DNA from: Styela clava
Taxonomy: Eukaryota
DNA: 64,000 bases
Direction: 5' to 3'
Assembly (NCBI RefSeq): GCF_964204865.1
Contig: NC_135259.1
Coordinates: 7,750,001-7,814,000, forward strand
Shown here: positions 38,205 through 50,900 of the stretch, one piece after another
Position numbering within the stretch: the stretch's first letter is position 1
How the letters are laid out: every line of letters begins with the position of its first letter
The notes under the pieces: model-generated
Seen by the model: the letters and a program-made list of their open reading frames with translations, nothing else
Database searches by the model: none
What the model was told of the DNA's origin: nothing
Position numbers and translations under genes: made by a program

Positions 38205-39623
38205 ATGTCGGTCAATTCGACATGGCCGCTGGAGACTAATTCACGAGCATACGATGGTATCTCTAGCAACAGAATAAGAAGCCCGCTGAGTATAAGTGAG
38301 GACTTATTACCAATTTGGATACTCTGCGAATCAACTTCCTGCTGCCTAACTGCGATTTCTATCTACATTGCGGCAGTGTTGATAAAGCATGCGAGAAGTC
38401 AAAGCGTTTCAAGGTTGGCAAAGCGACAGAGAGACAGTATGATGTTTCCTTCTCAGGTTAAGTGTTCATCAAATGAAAATACCAATCAAAAACTCCCAGA
38501 CGTTTCAATCGGATCACAAAAAGATGACACGTTCAATCCAAATCCGGTAAAAATACCTTATAACGAACAAATTAGTGTTGAGAGTGCAAAAAGCAACAGC
38601 AACCTGATTGTTGGAAGTCCTGTTGGTGTGAAACCAGAATTTAATTTTACGCAAGGGCAGATTATAAGCGTTCATAGAAAAAAGGAAACTAATCAAGGAA
38701 AATGGCTCCTGCGAAGCATACTTGTGTGCGTCATTGCTGTCGTACTACGCTGCGTTACCGAACAGAGTCTTATACTTATGGGAAATTGGTCTGACCACGC
38801 TTGCGATATTTTAACCAAACTAATGATTACTTTCACTGCAGTGTCCCTTCATTGTTGTCACGTATTTTTATGGCTCAGGCAACTTACTTTCTACTCCAAT
38901 CCGGTGCTGAAACCCCTACAATCAAAGAAGCTAAAAGTTGTGAGCTATGCAGCTTATGGAATCATGCCAATTACTCTTGCCCTAACTCTCGCTTTATACA
39001 TGTGGTGGAGGGACTACAAAAACTACGAGGGATTTTGTGCAGCTTCAAAAAAACAAAACTTACCTTCGTACGTCCCGTTTTCAGTTCTAATTGCCTGCAC
39101 GGTCACTATTCAAGTCTTACTGTCATCACTATTTTTGTATCCGCTCATTGTCCATAAAATGAAAAGGCGAAATTCAGCAACTAAAGTGAAAGCAAGAGTC
39201 GACGATACTGCATCTGAATCTCGGGTCACTACAGCGCCAGTGGTGAAATCAAGAAGATCAGACAGACTGATGGAATGCATCAGGAGAGTTCTCCACGGCG
39301 CGACCGTTGGAATTACCACAGATGTAGTCGGAGGCGTGGTGTCTATATTTTTGCCAGATGACTTACCTATATTCGCTTTAAGCTTATTATACAACCTCAA
39401 TGTTTCATTGAATCTGCTATGTCTCATCTACACGTTTGCAAACTGGAGGCAGATGTTATTTCCTTGGTGTTGTCCGTCTCATCAACAAAAAGAATTTCGA
39501 AACTCCATACGCAACAGGCGTTCTTCTGCGCGACAAGGACGGCATAAGCACAGTCGTCGTCCTAGTCAAAGGTCAAATACTGTTATGGGAACCAAATACA
39601 CGTTAAAAGACGTTGGTACTTGA
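38205..39623 (+). CDS. Intronless orphan 7-transmembrane GPCR-like protein (472 aa from the first ATG)
   Basis: Seven hydrophobic segments, N-terminal NST sequon, Cys at the top of TM3 and in ECL2, basic Ser-rich tail. No DRY or NPxxY motif. Homologous to 57376-58641. The ATG at 38205 follows an acceptor-like TTCAG. Confidence 0.85.
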   Translation: MSVNSTWPLETNSRAYDGISSNRIRSPLSISEDLLPIWILCESTSCCLTAISIYIAAVLIKHARSQSVSRLAKRQRDSMMFPSQVKCSSNENTNQKLPDVSIGSQKDDTFNPNPVKIPYNEQISVESAKSNSNLIVGSPVGVKPEFNFTQGQIISVHRKKETNQGKWLLRSILVCVIAVVLRCVTEQSLILMGNWSDHACDILTKLMITFTAVSLHCCHVFLWLRQLTFYSNPVLKPLQSKKLKVVSYAAYGIMPITLALTLALYMWWRDYKNYEGFCAASKKQNLPSYVPFSVLIACTVTIQVLLSSLFLYPLIVHKMKRRNSATKVKARVDDTASESRVTTAPVVKSRRSDRLMECIRRVLHGATVGITTDVVGGVVSIFLPDDLPIFALSLLYNLNVSLNLLCLIYTFANWRQMLFPWCCPSHQQKEFRNSIRNRRSSARQGRHKHSRRPSQRSNTVMGTKYTLKDVGT

Positions 39624-41416
39624 TTATATATACACACCATGTATCAGAGGAATCTTTTTACTTATGCAATATGCATTATTCATCTATTTTTTTAATAATA
39701 AAGTTTGGTGTAATATATTGCTAGAGCGCGTAAAACTCTTTATGCTGAATAGTCTAGTTGCACTTCGGATTTCAATTTGCGTAATATAACATGGACTTTT
39801 CATCCGAATTGTGTTATCTGTATAGTATATTCTATTGATATGTTTAATTTTTACACTTTTATTTGAAATAAAAATGATTTTGAAACGAACTTGAAGGTTA
39901 GTTGATGTTCAAGCTTGTATTTTCTACCGCGTACTTTCTTGAATGTGGCAAAAAGCCATCACGTCACGCTTAAATTGAAAAGTTGCACAAAAGTTAAATT
40001 AATAATCAATTACGCTCTGTAGAATAGCTAGTGCGCTGAAAGTTCATAGACAATATAAATAAGAAGCAAAATCAAAGTTGTTTGTTCACAATAACACACA
40101 TAATGAGAGGTTTTGAATCAAGAATATTGTTTGATTTTCTTTGTTTTGTGGGAATATATAGAATCAATATCTGCTTAAATTTTGTTACGCCCTCCCTATT
40201 AGCTTGCGTTCGTAGATGACTCTTGGTAATTATAAGTTGTATATGAGAACTAAGGTTGTAAATAGGTGAAGAGATAGGTATTTTACCTAAAATGATATGG
40301 CGCAACTACGACTTAATAGTTGAACAGACATAGAGCAAATTGAACTTAAACCTATTATGATAGAAGCAAAAATATTCTCTTGCTAATCATGATGTGGTAC
40401 ATTTACGCTCCCTGAGTTGTGTTTTTATTCGAATCACGTTGTAAACGTCTCACCAACTGTAGTGTTTAGCTTACTGGTCAATGTCATGCATATATACGAA
40501 TGCATATTAGGGTTGACTCATTTCCAAGATCAAACTCCCAGACAATTTTTGATAATTTCAACGACCAAATTTTTGTGCTTTTAAAATCTTTTCAATCGAA
40601 AATAACTATTTATATCTGTCAATTTTTCCATTATTATGAAATACATGAAAATTAGTTAAAGAATCTCTCGGTCTTGGGGATAGTTTATAATTTTTACGAT
40701 TTTTGACACTTTACGAAAGCGTTTCACACAAAATATCGATTGTTACTGTTCGATATGTGTGTATTATACATAGGGGGAAATCGGTTGAAAATTACCGTGG
40801 AGCTAACTCAAGAAATGTGGTGCCTAGAATGTGACAAAAATGTCTTCAAAACTGATTCATTTTAATTCAAAAAAGAAAATATTAATGATAAATTGCGCCC
40901 TTTCGAAATACCATGATGGAAAAACATGGAAAAAATATAATTTTTTATATAAAAAGTACTCTACCGCGCATTATATGCGATTGCAACAAATCATGCACGT
41001 GGAGGAAATATTAGAAGATTCAATCAATCTAATGCTTAAAAACAGTTGTTACTGAATTGAATCCTCGTAAGAAAGTTGCTACCGTTTGTTATTGTCATTG
41101 TCGTCGGGGATAATCTGAAGATTTTTAAAAACCAAAGTAATTTTAGTATACATTCTATTTTTGAGTTACTGTTCACTAAATGCAATTTGAAAAAACCCAA
41201 CACTGCAAGCAAGTTGCTTCGTTCCAGTACTCAATTACCTCTGAATATAGTTTCAGTAACGCATTGCATTTGTATTTGAAGTTCTAGTCAAGTATTTATG
41301 TCGATTACAGCAAATCATGACTGCCCCTTCAAGCATAGAATAAAAATCTATCGGCTAAATATTTAACACTCCATCATTGGCATCAAATAATTCAATTTTG
41401 GCAAAAAAAAATTTGA

Positions 41417-41441
41417 ATATATATATATATATATATATATA
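41417..41441. repeat. (AT)n microsatellite
   Basis: About 12 AT units. Confidence 0.85.
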
Positions 41442-41912
41442 GTGTGAATATTGATGAAACGCTGAATTTATCAACATAAATTTTGATTAAGAAAAAAAAT
41501 TTGGCATAAAATAAAGTGAATTAGATTTACGTATTCATTTAACAACATAAAGTTTGTTCAACATTAAAAAATGATCGGAAATGTATTTTAATTTACGGCC
41601 ACCTGGAGTCATCACCTTAATCACCCATCAAGTTTCAACTATTCTTTGCTATTACGTGGCCTTATGGTATAGTACCTTTTCACATCAAATTGAATATAAA
41701 TAAGTTCAAATGTTCAAAAAATGCAGCATTGTTTGTATCGCGTATCATTCTGTAGTTATAAGTATAACTGAATTTCAAGTACATCGAATTTGAATGGACA
41801 TAACGCATCACTTCCTGACTCTTCTTCTCTTGGCATGTTTTTGTTCGTCTCGGCGTCGTGTAATATCCCTTTGCTATTTTGTGTATGTTTTATTTTATTT
41901 AGGCATGTCTGG

Positions 41913-44900
41913 TTACACAATGTTATTGTTTGTATCTTCTTTCTTCTTTTTTGGAGTTTGAATGTGAAATTGTTTTTGATTTACCGCCACTCGGACGAGT
42001 TTTTTTTTAGTTGTTTTGATTAATGTCGGCCTTGGTTCAGCATCATGATCATTTTCTTCTTCTTGTATTTTTCCTACGTTTCTCTGAATTATTTTTTAAC
42101 AAAATGAATATAAAAATAAACTAAATTCTAGCATGGAATCAAATTAAGCTTTGAATTACTTTGAAAATGTAAAATTTTGGATTGCAATACTAAATAAACG
42201 ATTGTATTTATTGCACCAATCTGCTGTTGTGTTTGAGGGTAACTGCTCGAGGTAAAAATGAATTATAAATTTTATTCTACATTGTGGCTTTAATATAAAA
42301 CCAGAAAATACTCTCATGTTATTATAACCTGAAACACTGGATCATGTGTGTCAATCATGTCCATGGGATTTTCTTCTCCGTTATTCACAGCTTTTTGAAC
42401 CTTTTCCATTAATTTTGCTATTCCTTCTGGCATTCCACTCTTCCCGTCGCGGTGAACAACCGGTGGTTTTGGCTTGCTCGGATGTTGCTTTGGAAAAGTA
42501 TATGTTTGATATTAGATAGATATTTATTTTTGACTTAACATTATGCTTGGAATTCATTTTTTCCATATAGAGAAGACACGACATATTTATATATATATAT
42601 AGGGGGAATGAGTGTGGTTTATGATGTATTAGGTATAGGAACAAAAACAAACAGATAGATTTTGCGCAAACGTAACGGCGCAATTCACAAATTAACAAAT
42701 AAATCGGAGTAAACCTAGGTTGGATACAATGCAGATGTTCCGAGGACATGAATTTTTTTTATGATTTTTCCTCGGGAATAAACATAAATATTTTTGTTCT
42801 TGTTTATATAACCTAACTAACCTACATTATAGAAAACAAAAACAGTTTTGAATAATAGTTATTTAAATTCAACCTTTAATTCAGCCATCTTGCGTTCATA
42901 TTCAGCTTGATTTTGCCTTTGTCTTCTGGCTTTTTCCTTCATTACTTCTTCGTGGCGTTGGGCCTTACTTCGAATCATATTTTCTGTCATCTTTTTCCTT
43001 GAAACGACAAAAAAAATATTTACTGAGCGGAACTTTGAAATCGCAAGAATAATTTAAAATAATATTTTTGTGTAGAATTGGCTAGGTTTGTCATCATGTC
43101 TTTTCCGAGAACTCAAGGCAAACGAGACAATAACTTGATTCCAGTCGTAAACTTTATACGAATCAACTAGTTTTTACTACAAGTCCGTGGACTACTCCTA
43201 TATATCAAGTAACGATATCTGTGATTCATTCATATTCAAGTTGTTTTTTTTGAGTTTCGAATCATGCTTTCTTAGTTTTCACGTGGTGGTAGTGGATGCC
43301 AATATTTCCTTTTCTATTATAAAATACAAATATATGTGTCTTACTTCCAATATACATCTCTTGTGCGAGCATCAACAACGGGATCTCCTGAAGTGACTTC
43401 AAACCACCAGTTCCATTGAAAGTATGGCTGTCTATATTTGTCAACAATTTTGCTTTCGACTGCATACGTTCCTGAGATAAAGATCGATTTTAAATATCAT
43501 AGCATAGCCTACCTATTATAATGTGTTATATTTTTTAAAAATAACTGTTTTTTACCGCAACTCAAATAGCGAGTATTTTATTTCTTGGTGATTTCGCGTG
43601 TCATATTTTTTCGCAAGTGATCATCGAAATATACCATCAACCGGTATGTTTACTGTAATATATAATTTACCTGGTATATTTGGAATTGCAAAATCAGGTG
43701 TTCGGAAGCTGTACTTCTTTGGAATGTCGGGATTTGAAAAATTTGGCGTTTTCTTCCCTGGCCAAGTGAACGTATAATGATCTAGAAAAATATCACATTT
43801 ATTACAATAAAGGGCGTAATGGATTTATTTTCAGGTAATTACATAAATTAGCATGCGATAATATTTGCCTATAAAATTATCTAAAAAGTGAAATATTAAA
43901 ATCGAAATCGTTAAATGTTTATGATTTGAAATGTTGGGAATAATATTATTAGGTTAAATATGGGACATGGTGTTCAATTATCTATTTAATGGTATGACGT
44001 AAATTTTTCTTTTGCTATCTCACTAAATGTGCATCCAGTGAGATGGGTTTTCACTCTTTATATCGTATTTCGTCTAATCTATGTTCAAAAAATATAACAA
44101 TGGGCTACTTACTTTCTCCTTTCTCAAGATGAGATTCGAAATGCTTTTCATCGGTGTAATATAGATATTCCGACGGGTTTAAGACGACCTGTTCGTAAAC
44201 AAAATATGAACATTTAATCAACATGCATTTATTGCATCATGATTTGAAAACGTCTGAAAGCGGTATCTGAGTGGAAAGTTGACAAGACGTAAGGCAAACA
44301 ATCATTTTTGTATGTAGTTATTTTTTAAATAACTATATTTGTGATTAATCACCCATAATTTACACTTTTGCAAGAAACCATCGAAGTGCTGACATTCAGA
44401 TGTGTGAATAAATTTGACTATAGATGGTATGTTTTCGTTTGGTTTGGACATTTCAGTGTCCACAAAAAAAAGAATTTGATGTTGGCATTACTACAAGAAA
44501 TACACGTCAAAACAATCATATAGGAAACAATTTAGTTTTAGTGCGTTGTAAAAAGTCTGCATTTGTTATCTGTTATAGTTAAGCATCTCTTACACGTGCA
44601 AATGCGTACGCGTAATAAATTGAATTAATTAGTGCACATTTGGGAGGGATATGTAAAAATCTGCAGAAAAAGTAACACAATTAAATCAGCACTTCATGAT
44701 AATTGTATTCGTTGTTAACATATTTTGCGATCTTTATAAAAATCATATCTAAAAGCCTTTACGCAAGATTTACACAAGACTGACTTGAGATTAAAAAACC
44801 AGATAAATCAACATATTTATATGGGGAACTTAAAAATCAAATACCTCTATATCAATCTTAAAAGCGAAGTAGTGTCTAAAATGATTTCCTTCGTTTTCAT

Positions 44901-47900
44901 TAACCCATTTGGTTATATCGGGAGGAATCGTTTGTTTCAGAGGTTTTGGCAAACTCTGGTGTGCTCCATAAAAACCAGGGCAGTATTTTACATATGCTGT
45001 TGTATTTTTAGCCAGCACTTCATTGAGTGTAGGGATTCTTTTAACACCGTCTTCTAAAACTTCACTTGGGTCTAAAACTAAACGCGTATCAGTTCCTATT
45101 TGGTGTTTGCCATCTTTATTTATTACAAAGTCTCCACTTGCAGCTTGTTTTCTCAATTTCATCCAACCAAGCCGCATATCATTTCCCAATGCACCCATCA
45201 GTCTAACGTTTGGACGGGACATAATTAGTCTGATAAGCTCTTTATCACTGTGCTTGGGTGGACCTTTTTTGCGTAACGTGTATTTGATCCCGTTTACTTC
45301 CTTTACGATTCCTCCACATAATGCTTGCATTTTGTCGCAAGCCGATTTCGCTGCCGTCAGGTTTGGGTATGAATAATCGGAGTCGTCAATTCGGTCGTGC
45401 TTCTCAAGGGTCTTGTTGATATATGTTTCCCATCGGCAACGACGGATGTCAATATCATCTGAACCACGTATATAACTTAAAAGTTATACTTTTTGTTATG
45501 CAATAGTAATTTCATACAATCACCCAAGCACCCGGAAAGTGTTAGTAGAAAAAATAGCGATGCGATGAAGGAGCACTCGACTACAAATCATGGCGGCGCG
45601 GGCGGTTTAATCTAATCTCTAAAAAAATTTATATTGATTAATGTTTTTGTATCGAAGCAAATATTTACTCACTTGAAAATGCAAGTCGAATGAATAGTGA
45701 TGTGGACAAGGTTTTGAAACATCTGTGCACATGAACGCTGACTTGTGCGGCCTGAACTGTGAAAATTCTCCCGGACAATATCGCAAGTATGCATACTTTT
45801 CAGGCAAGATGTATCGGCGTCGTTCAGCTGACAATCTTTCGTCTCCATTTTCGTCGGGGGATACTGTAGGAGGTTTTGGCGCGGACGGGCCACTTATAAC
45901 CAAGTGTCTAGGAATGCTACCCCTCCTTAAACTATAATTCTCTTGTTTGTTTTCACGTTGAACTCCTGAGCACTCAGGAACAAGTTTGTCGCACAGGTCT
46001 TGTGCTTGTTTGAGATCATGCAACATTGAAAACCGTCGTTTTCTACCATCTGGACCAATTAAATTATCTTTTATAAGTGAAGATTTGCCGTCTTTTCGGA
46101 CGGTACCAGGCCACAGTGAAATATTTTGCGCTTCCTTTTTCTCTGTTAATTCAATGACGAAGTCCAGATACTTCCCGGGAAATTTCTCATAACGACACGG
46201 TCCTGTGAGGGTAGGTATAATGGTAAAGTGGGGTTTGATCGGAAGGGAGAAAAGATAAGTAAAGCAAACAGTTAATGATAATAAATGATGATGACAATAA
46301 ATGATGCATTACAAACAATACAAGCTACGAAATTATAATGAACAACAAAATTGCAGAAGTAGAAACAAAGCAAAAGAGAAATGTGAGTGGTGGATTACGG
46401 TTATCCAGGATCGGGTGGGAACAACGCGTTTGATTTACCTTAAATCGAAGAATAGTATTACTAGCCGCGGAGAAACATCGACACCAAGGTACAATTTTAA
46501 GATGACAAATTTGGATAGTTTGAGTGGATGCATGCAAATTTAATAAATTTAGTGCATAAAAAAGAAGGTTAGTAATCAAATAAGAGTTTTGCGATTTCAT
46601 TTGGCGCAAAGCAAACGAAGATTTGTTAATGGAAGCAAACAGGGTGCAATTATGACGTAGGTTTCTGTTCAACCATGGGGTTTGGACGTCAAAATCCAAC
46701 GACCATGTCCCATGGCTGAATAAGACTATTCACATGCAGATTATATATTAAGACTTTCTCGCAATTGCAAATACATACCTGGATACAGGTCTATATCCAT
46801 TGATGCCCTGCCATCAATATACAGCGTCAGTTTTGTTACTTGAATTCGTCTGATGTCAATAATTAATTTTGTATACATTGGAAAACGTTTTACTTCAAGT
46901 AACCGATATTGCAAATCTGATAACCCGTCAATATCTGCTCTTGTTTTTCTTGTGAGGTTTAGTTTGAAACTAAAAATAATTAATAGTTAATCAGACAACA
47001 ATTAGGTATTTTTTTTAGTTCATTCAATGTTTCTATAAAACTGGCAAAAGGGTTTCTTGTTCATGAAATTGTCATCTGTTTTCAGAAAAATCTATGCAAT
47101 TGAAGTCATTCAAATTTAACTAATCATTAAGATTGAAATGTCTAGAATTTTTTTATCTCGACAGATAGCAAGTGTATACTTATCTGGTAAACTTAACTTA
47201 AAATCTTCAACAATTGATAATTGTATTTTAAATCTACGAACTCGTCGAGATAAAAATATCATCTAACTGTTAACATGTAGCCTCATTTTTATTTAGTCCC
47301 ATTTTGTTTCGTTTTTTGAGAGAATACACAAAAAGAATACTATGTTGTTTTTGCTTTGTCTGACTAGACCAGGGGTTCCCAAACAAGGGTCGCGACCCCA
47401 AAGTGGGTCGGAGTGATAAGTAGGTGGGGTCGCAAACAGGTCATGAGGTCGGTGGGGTCGCTGAGGTATGGTGGAGGATGAATGTACAAAACATCTAAGA
47501 TTTGATAAATCTTGTTAAATTTAGCAGCTTGTACCATGTCTTACTGTAAAACAGGCATATAGGCATCGCTCTATGCCTATGCTATAGAAAATGTAGGTGC
47601 TTATTGCGACATCACTGTTTGGTTTCAGCTTATTTTACCTAATATCACCACATGACCAAACTCAAAAGTCCAGTGAAAGAAGCTCCGAAGTTTCATGAAG
47701 AAATTATATATAGACCTGGGGTCGCACTGGACACTTGAAAGTTGTCTTTGGTGTCGTCCTGAAAAAAGCTTGGGAAACCCTGGACTAGACTAACATTAAA
47801 TAACGTCAGCAGAATTTTAATTACATTAATTATGCAAAACTTTTCTTACGGATATTTATTTGGACTAAATTTCCACGGATGTAAATGCGGAATCATCATG

Positions 47901-50900
47901 TATCTCCCCACTTTCAGCGAAGAAGGAACGATCGTCATATTCCTGCAAAACGGTAGATAGTTTTTTTAATCAATAGAGTGCATATTTATTAAAAGATTAG
48001 ACTTTACACAATCAATTGATATTAATTAAATATAAAAGTAATATAACTCTTACCTATGTTGTATTCTGAATTCCATGTCGTTATCTTCACCTCCCCAACC
48101 CCAGAATCGGTTAGAGTGCCCGTTTGCCTTACGATATTGTGATGGCGTAATTCCTGTGACTCCTCCAAATTCAGTTCCATAATGAGGTTTATACTGAAAT
48201 TTGTCGATTGCTGGGACGATAAGAATTTGTATTTAAATGTCGGTTTGTTTACTGCGAGATTCGCTATCTTTTTGGTAAGCAAGTACATAATAAAATGTAG
48301 AACATCGATTTATTATACTCAGTTTTTATCATAACAATCTGTGCTTCTTTACATGCAGATGGCAGCACTTTTAAACCATCCAAGAAAACTCGGTACAAAT
48401 CAAATGCGTGAAGGATTACATAAAATGTGTTTATATTATTTGATAATGCTCACCAGGAGAGAGATGCCGTGGTTGATCAGCACACATATAAAAGTTTCTA
48501 TCGTTTTCAGGAATCATATCAACATCATGGAAAATTATACAATCGTAATCATCCAACTTCAATGCTTCTTCGAAAGCAGCATTCATGACTGTAGCTTTGT
48601 TGAATTGACCGTTATCAAACTAAAATAATTAGAATTTAGGAATAAAACTGTTGTTGTTTGAAGATTGCCCCAAGCCTTTACGTTCAGTGAAAATTCATGC
48701 GACTTTTTTGATAAATTGCTTTTGATAAAAACGGCCTTCAATTGTTGTCTGCAGTAATAATATAATAAATGATTGAACCTATTATCTATTTATTAATTAA
48801 TGTTAAATACTGGAAAAGATAAATGACTTGAATAACCTTTTTTATTCGATTTGTGTGTAAAAGAGAAAATTACGTTGCAAAAGATTTCCTGGTAATAGCC
48901 CTTAGGGAAATAGATTTATTTGAAATTCTGTACAAACTCAGATAGTTAAATAACTCATAGCAATATCACCTACAAAAATGAGGAAGGGATTAAACAACTT
49001 TGTACTTACCTGCTCTGCTACGTATATGCAGTAATGGATATGTTGTCTCATCAACATAGGATGTAAGTGATACAATAACGTTTTAAGATGTGCATCTCTG
49101 TCCTTGAACGGAATTATAACTGCTACCTTTTGCCTTGAAGAAATTACATATACAAGTCAAAAAAAGTAAACATCAGGGGTCGGATAGTATACTTCCTGTC
49201 TTTTTGCTTATTACAATACTTACAAAGCTATACATTCTTTCGGTGAATAACACCCTCCAATTGATAAACCTGGTCCAACATGTTTTGCAACTTCTTCCAT
49301 CGAAGGTGTAATATTGGGATTGCTCTTCATGTCACCAACTAAAATGAAAAACATAGTAATATAAATATATAGTAAGAGTGACCATAACAAAGGATATGGA
49401 TTTCTTTGCAAGAATGAAAGGTGTCACAATCACCTTTTTATATCAGTTTAAATTTTTAGGTTTTTACAAGGATTTTTTAAAGAAAGGTAAATTCTTCAGA
49501 TTGTTTAATACACGTACAGATTGAATATGTGTGTAACATATTGTAAGTACGGTTTAATAGCGTCATTATATTCTTGTAAGCAGCTTGGGCTTAACTATAC
49601 TATTCCCAAAATAATTTTAAAAACATAGTTCTATAAATAGTTTCATAAAAAGTTGTAGCTTTCAAATATAATATATAAAGTCATATTTTTATCCACACAC
49701 TTGAAGAATAAATGATATACAGCTCATCCTTATCTCACCCAGCTTTGGCGATCGTTTTTTACATTTCTCCAGAGATTTTTGTGATATCTTATCTTTCTCT
49801 TTATTTTCGGCAACTGCTTCGATTTGTCGCGTTACATCTACTTTTTTAACAATTTCTTTTTTAACAATTGGGCTTGTCGCAAGAAGAATTGAAGTACTGG
49901 TGATTGAAGTAATTGGTGTTTGTTTTTGTTGTTCAAGCTCTTGTTGTTGTTGTTGCGGCTGCTCTACTTTCTCTGTTTGTTCTTCCTCAATATGTGCTCG
50001 TTTTTCAAGTTTTGGAGGTTCTGCTTCTAGTTGAGTTCTATTAAAAATGAAGGTGTGATTGACATTGATTTTAGTCAATAATGGACCATCGGTACCACAT
50101 AAACAAAAAAAATTGAACCCAATTTTGTTCAGTAATGCGTTCAACTGGGGCATTTAACATGCTGGGTGCGCCAAACTAAGTAAGTAAGCTATTCGGAGCA
50201 CAAGTGATTACGGTTCATCTAAGCATAATTGCTTGTTACATTTTCAAAAAGCCGGATCCATAAGAGTAAAATTTACAGTGCTTTCCTCATTATGAAACAC
50301 CAAGACAACAGCAGTTCAAATTTCACATTACCTGTAACCAATTTTTTGTATTGCTGTATTTTAGGTTAACGTTGATATAACTGATGACAGAATTTTTTTT
50401 TTCGAAATTGAATATCAACATAGATAACGCCATGGTATTCTTTGAGAAGAATCATGTTTGTATAGCTAAATTACAGTTAAAATAAAAGTACGAACGTGAA
50501 TTAATGAATATTTAATTTAATTCCAGGAAAATGGATATTCTTTGCTATCGATGTCTTAAAGTTAGACAAGTTGACATAGCCCCGGGCATCGCAAAAACTT
50601 TGGTATTTGAATAATTCAACAAAAATACGTAAACAAATCGTCTGTACTCTTACGTGTTATGATGAAATTCGTATTCATTTAATGAATAAATCTGAGTTCA
50701 TCAGTATTACATTAATTAGCATTTCAAACCTGATAAAAAATTCTCTTGGCATTGCCTTACACCAACAGGTAGTGCAAAATTTGGTATTTATCTATGGTTG
50801 GCTGCAAAACACATATGCTGTCAAATTCATTTTGTTTTATGCTCAGGGCCATTGCATAATTTTCAAAAATCGATGATGAGTTCGTGCATACCAAAAAACA

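Noticed and set aside
43262-43344. Early termination of the GT7 gene via a short exon at 43313-43262
   Set aside because: It would need a 31-nt intron; the exon at 42997 matches the phase and continues an open frame.
45667-45672. Single ~1073-aa isoform containing both PAN-like exons via the GTAAAT donor
   Set aside because: It needs the weaker donor 4 nt past a consensus GTGAGT and breaks the exact end-to-end homology of 9a and 9b; kept only as the alternative hypothesis.
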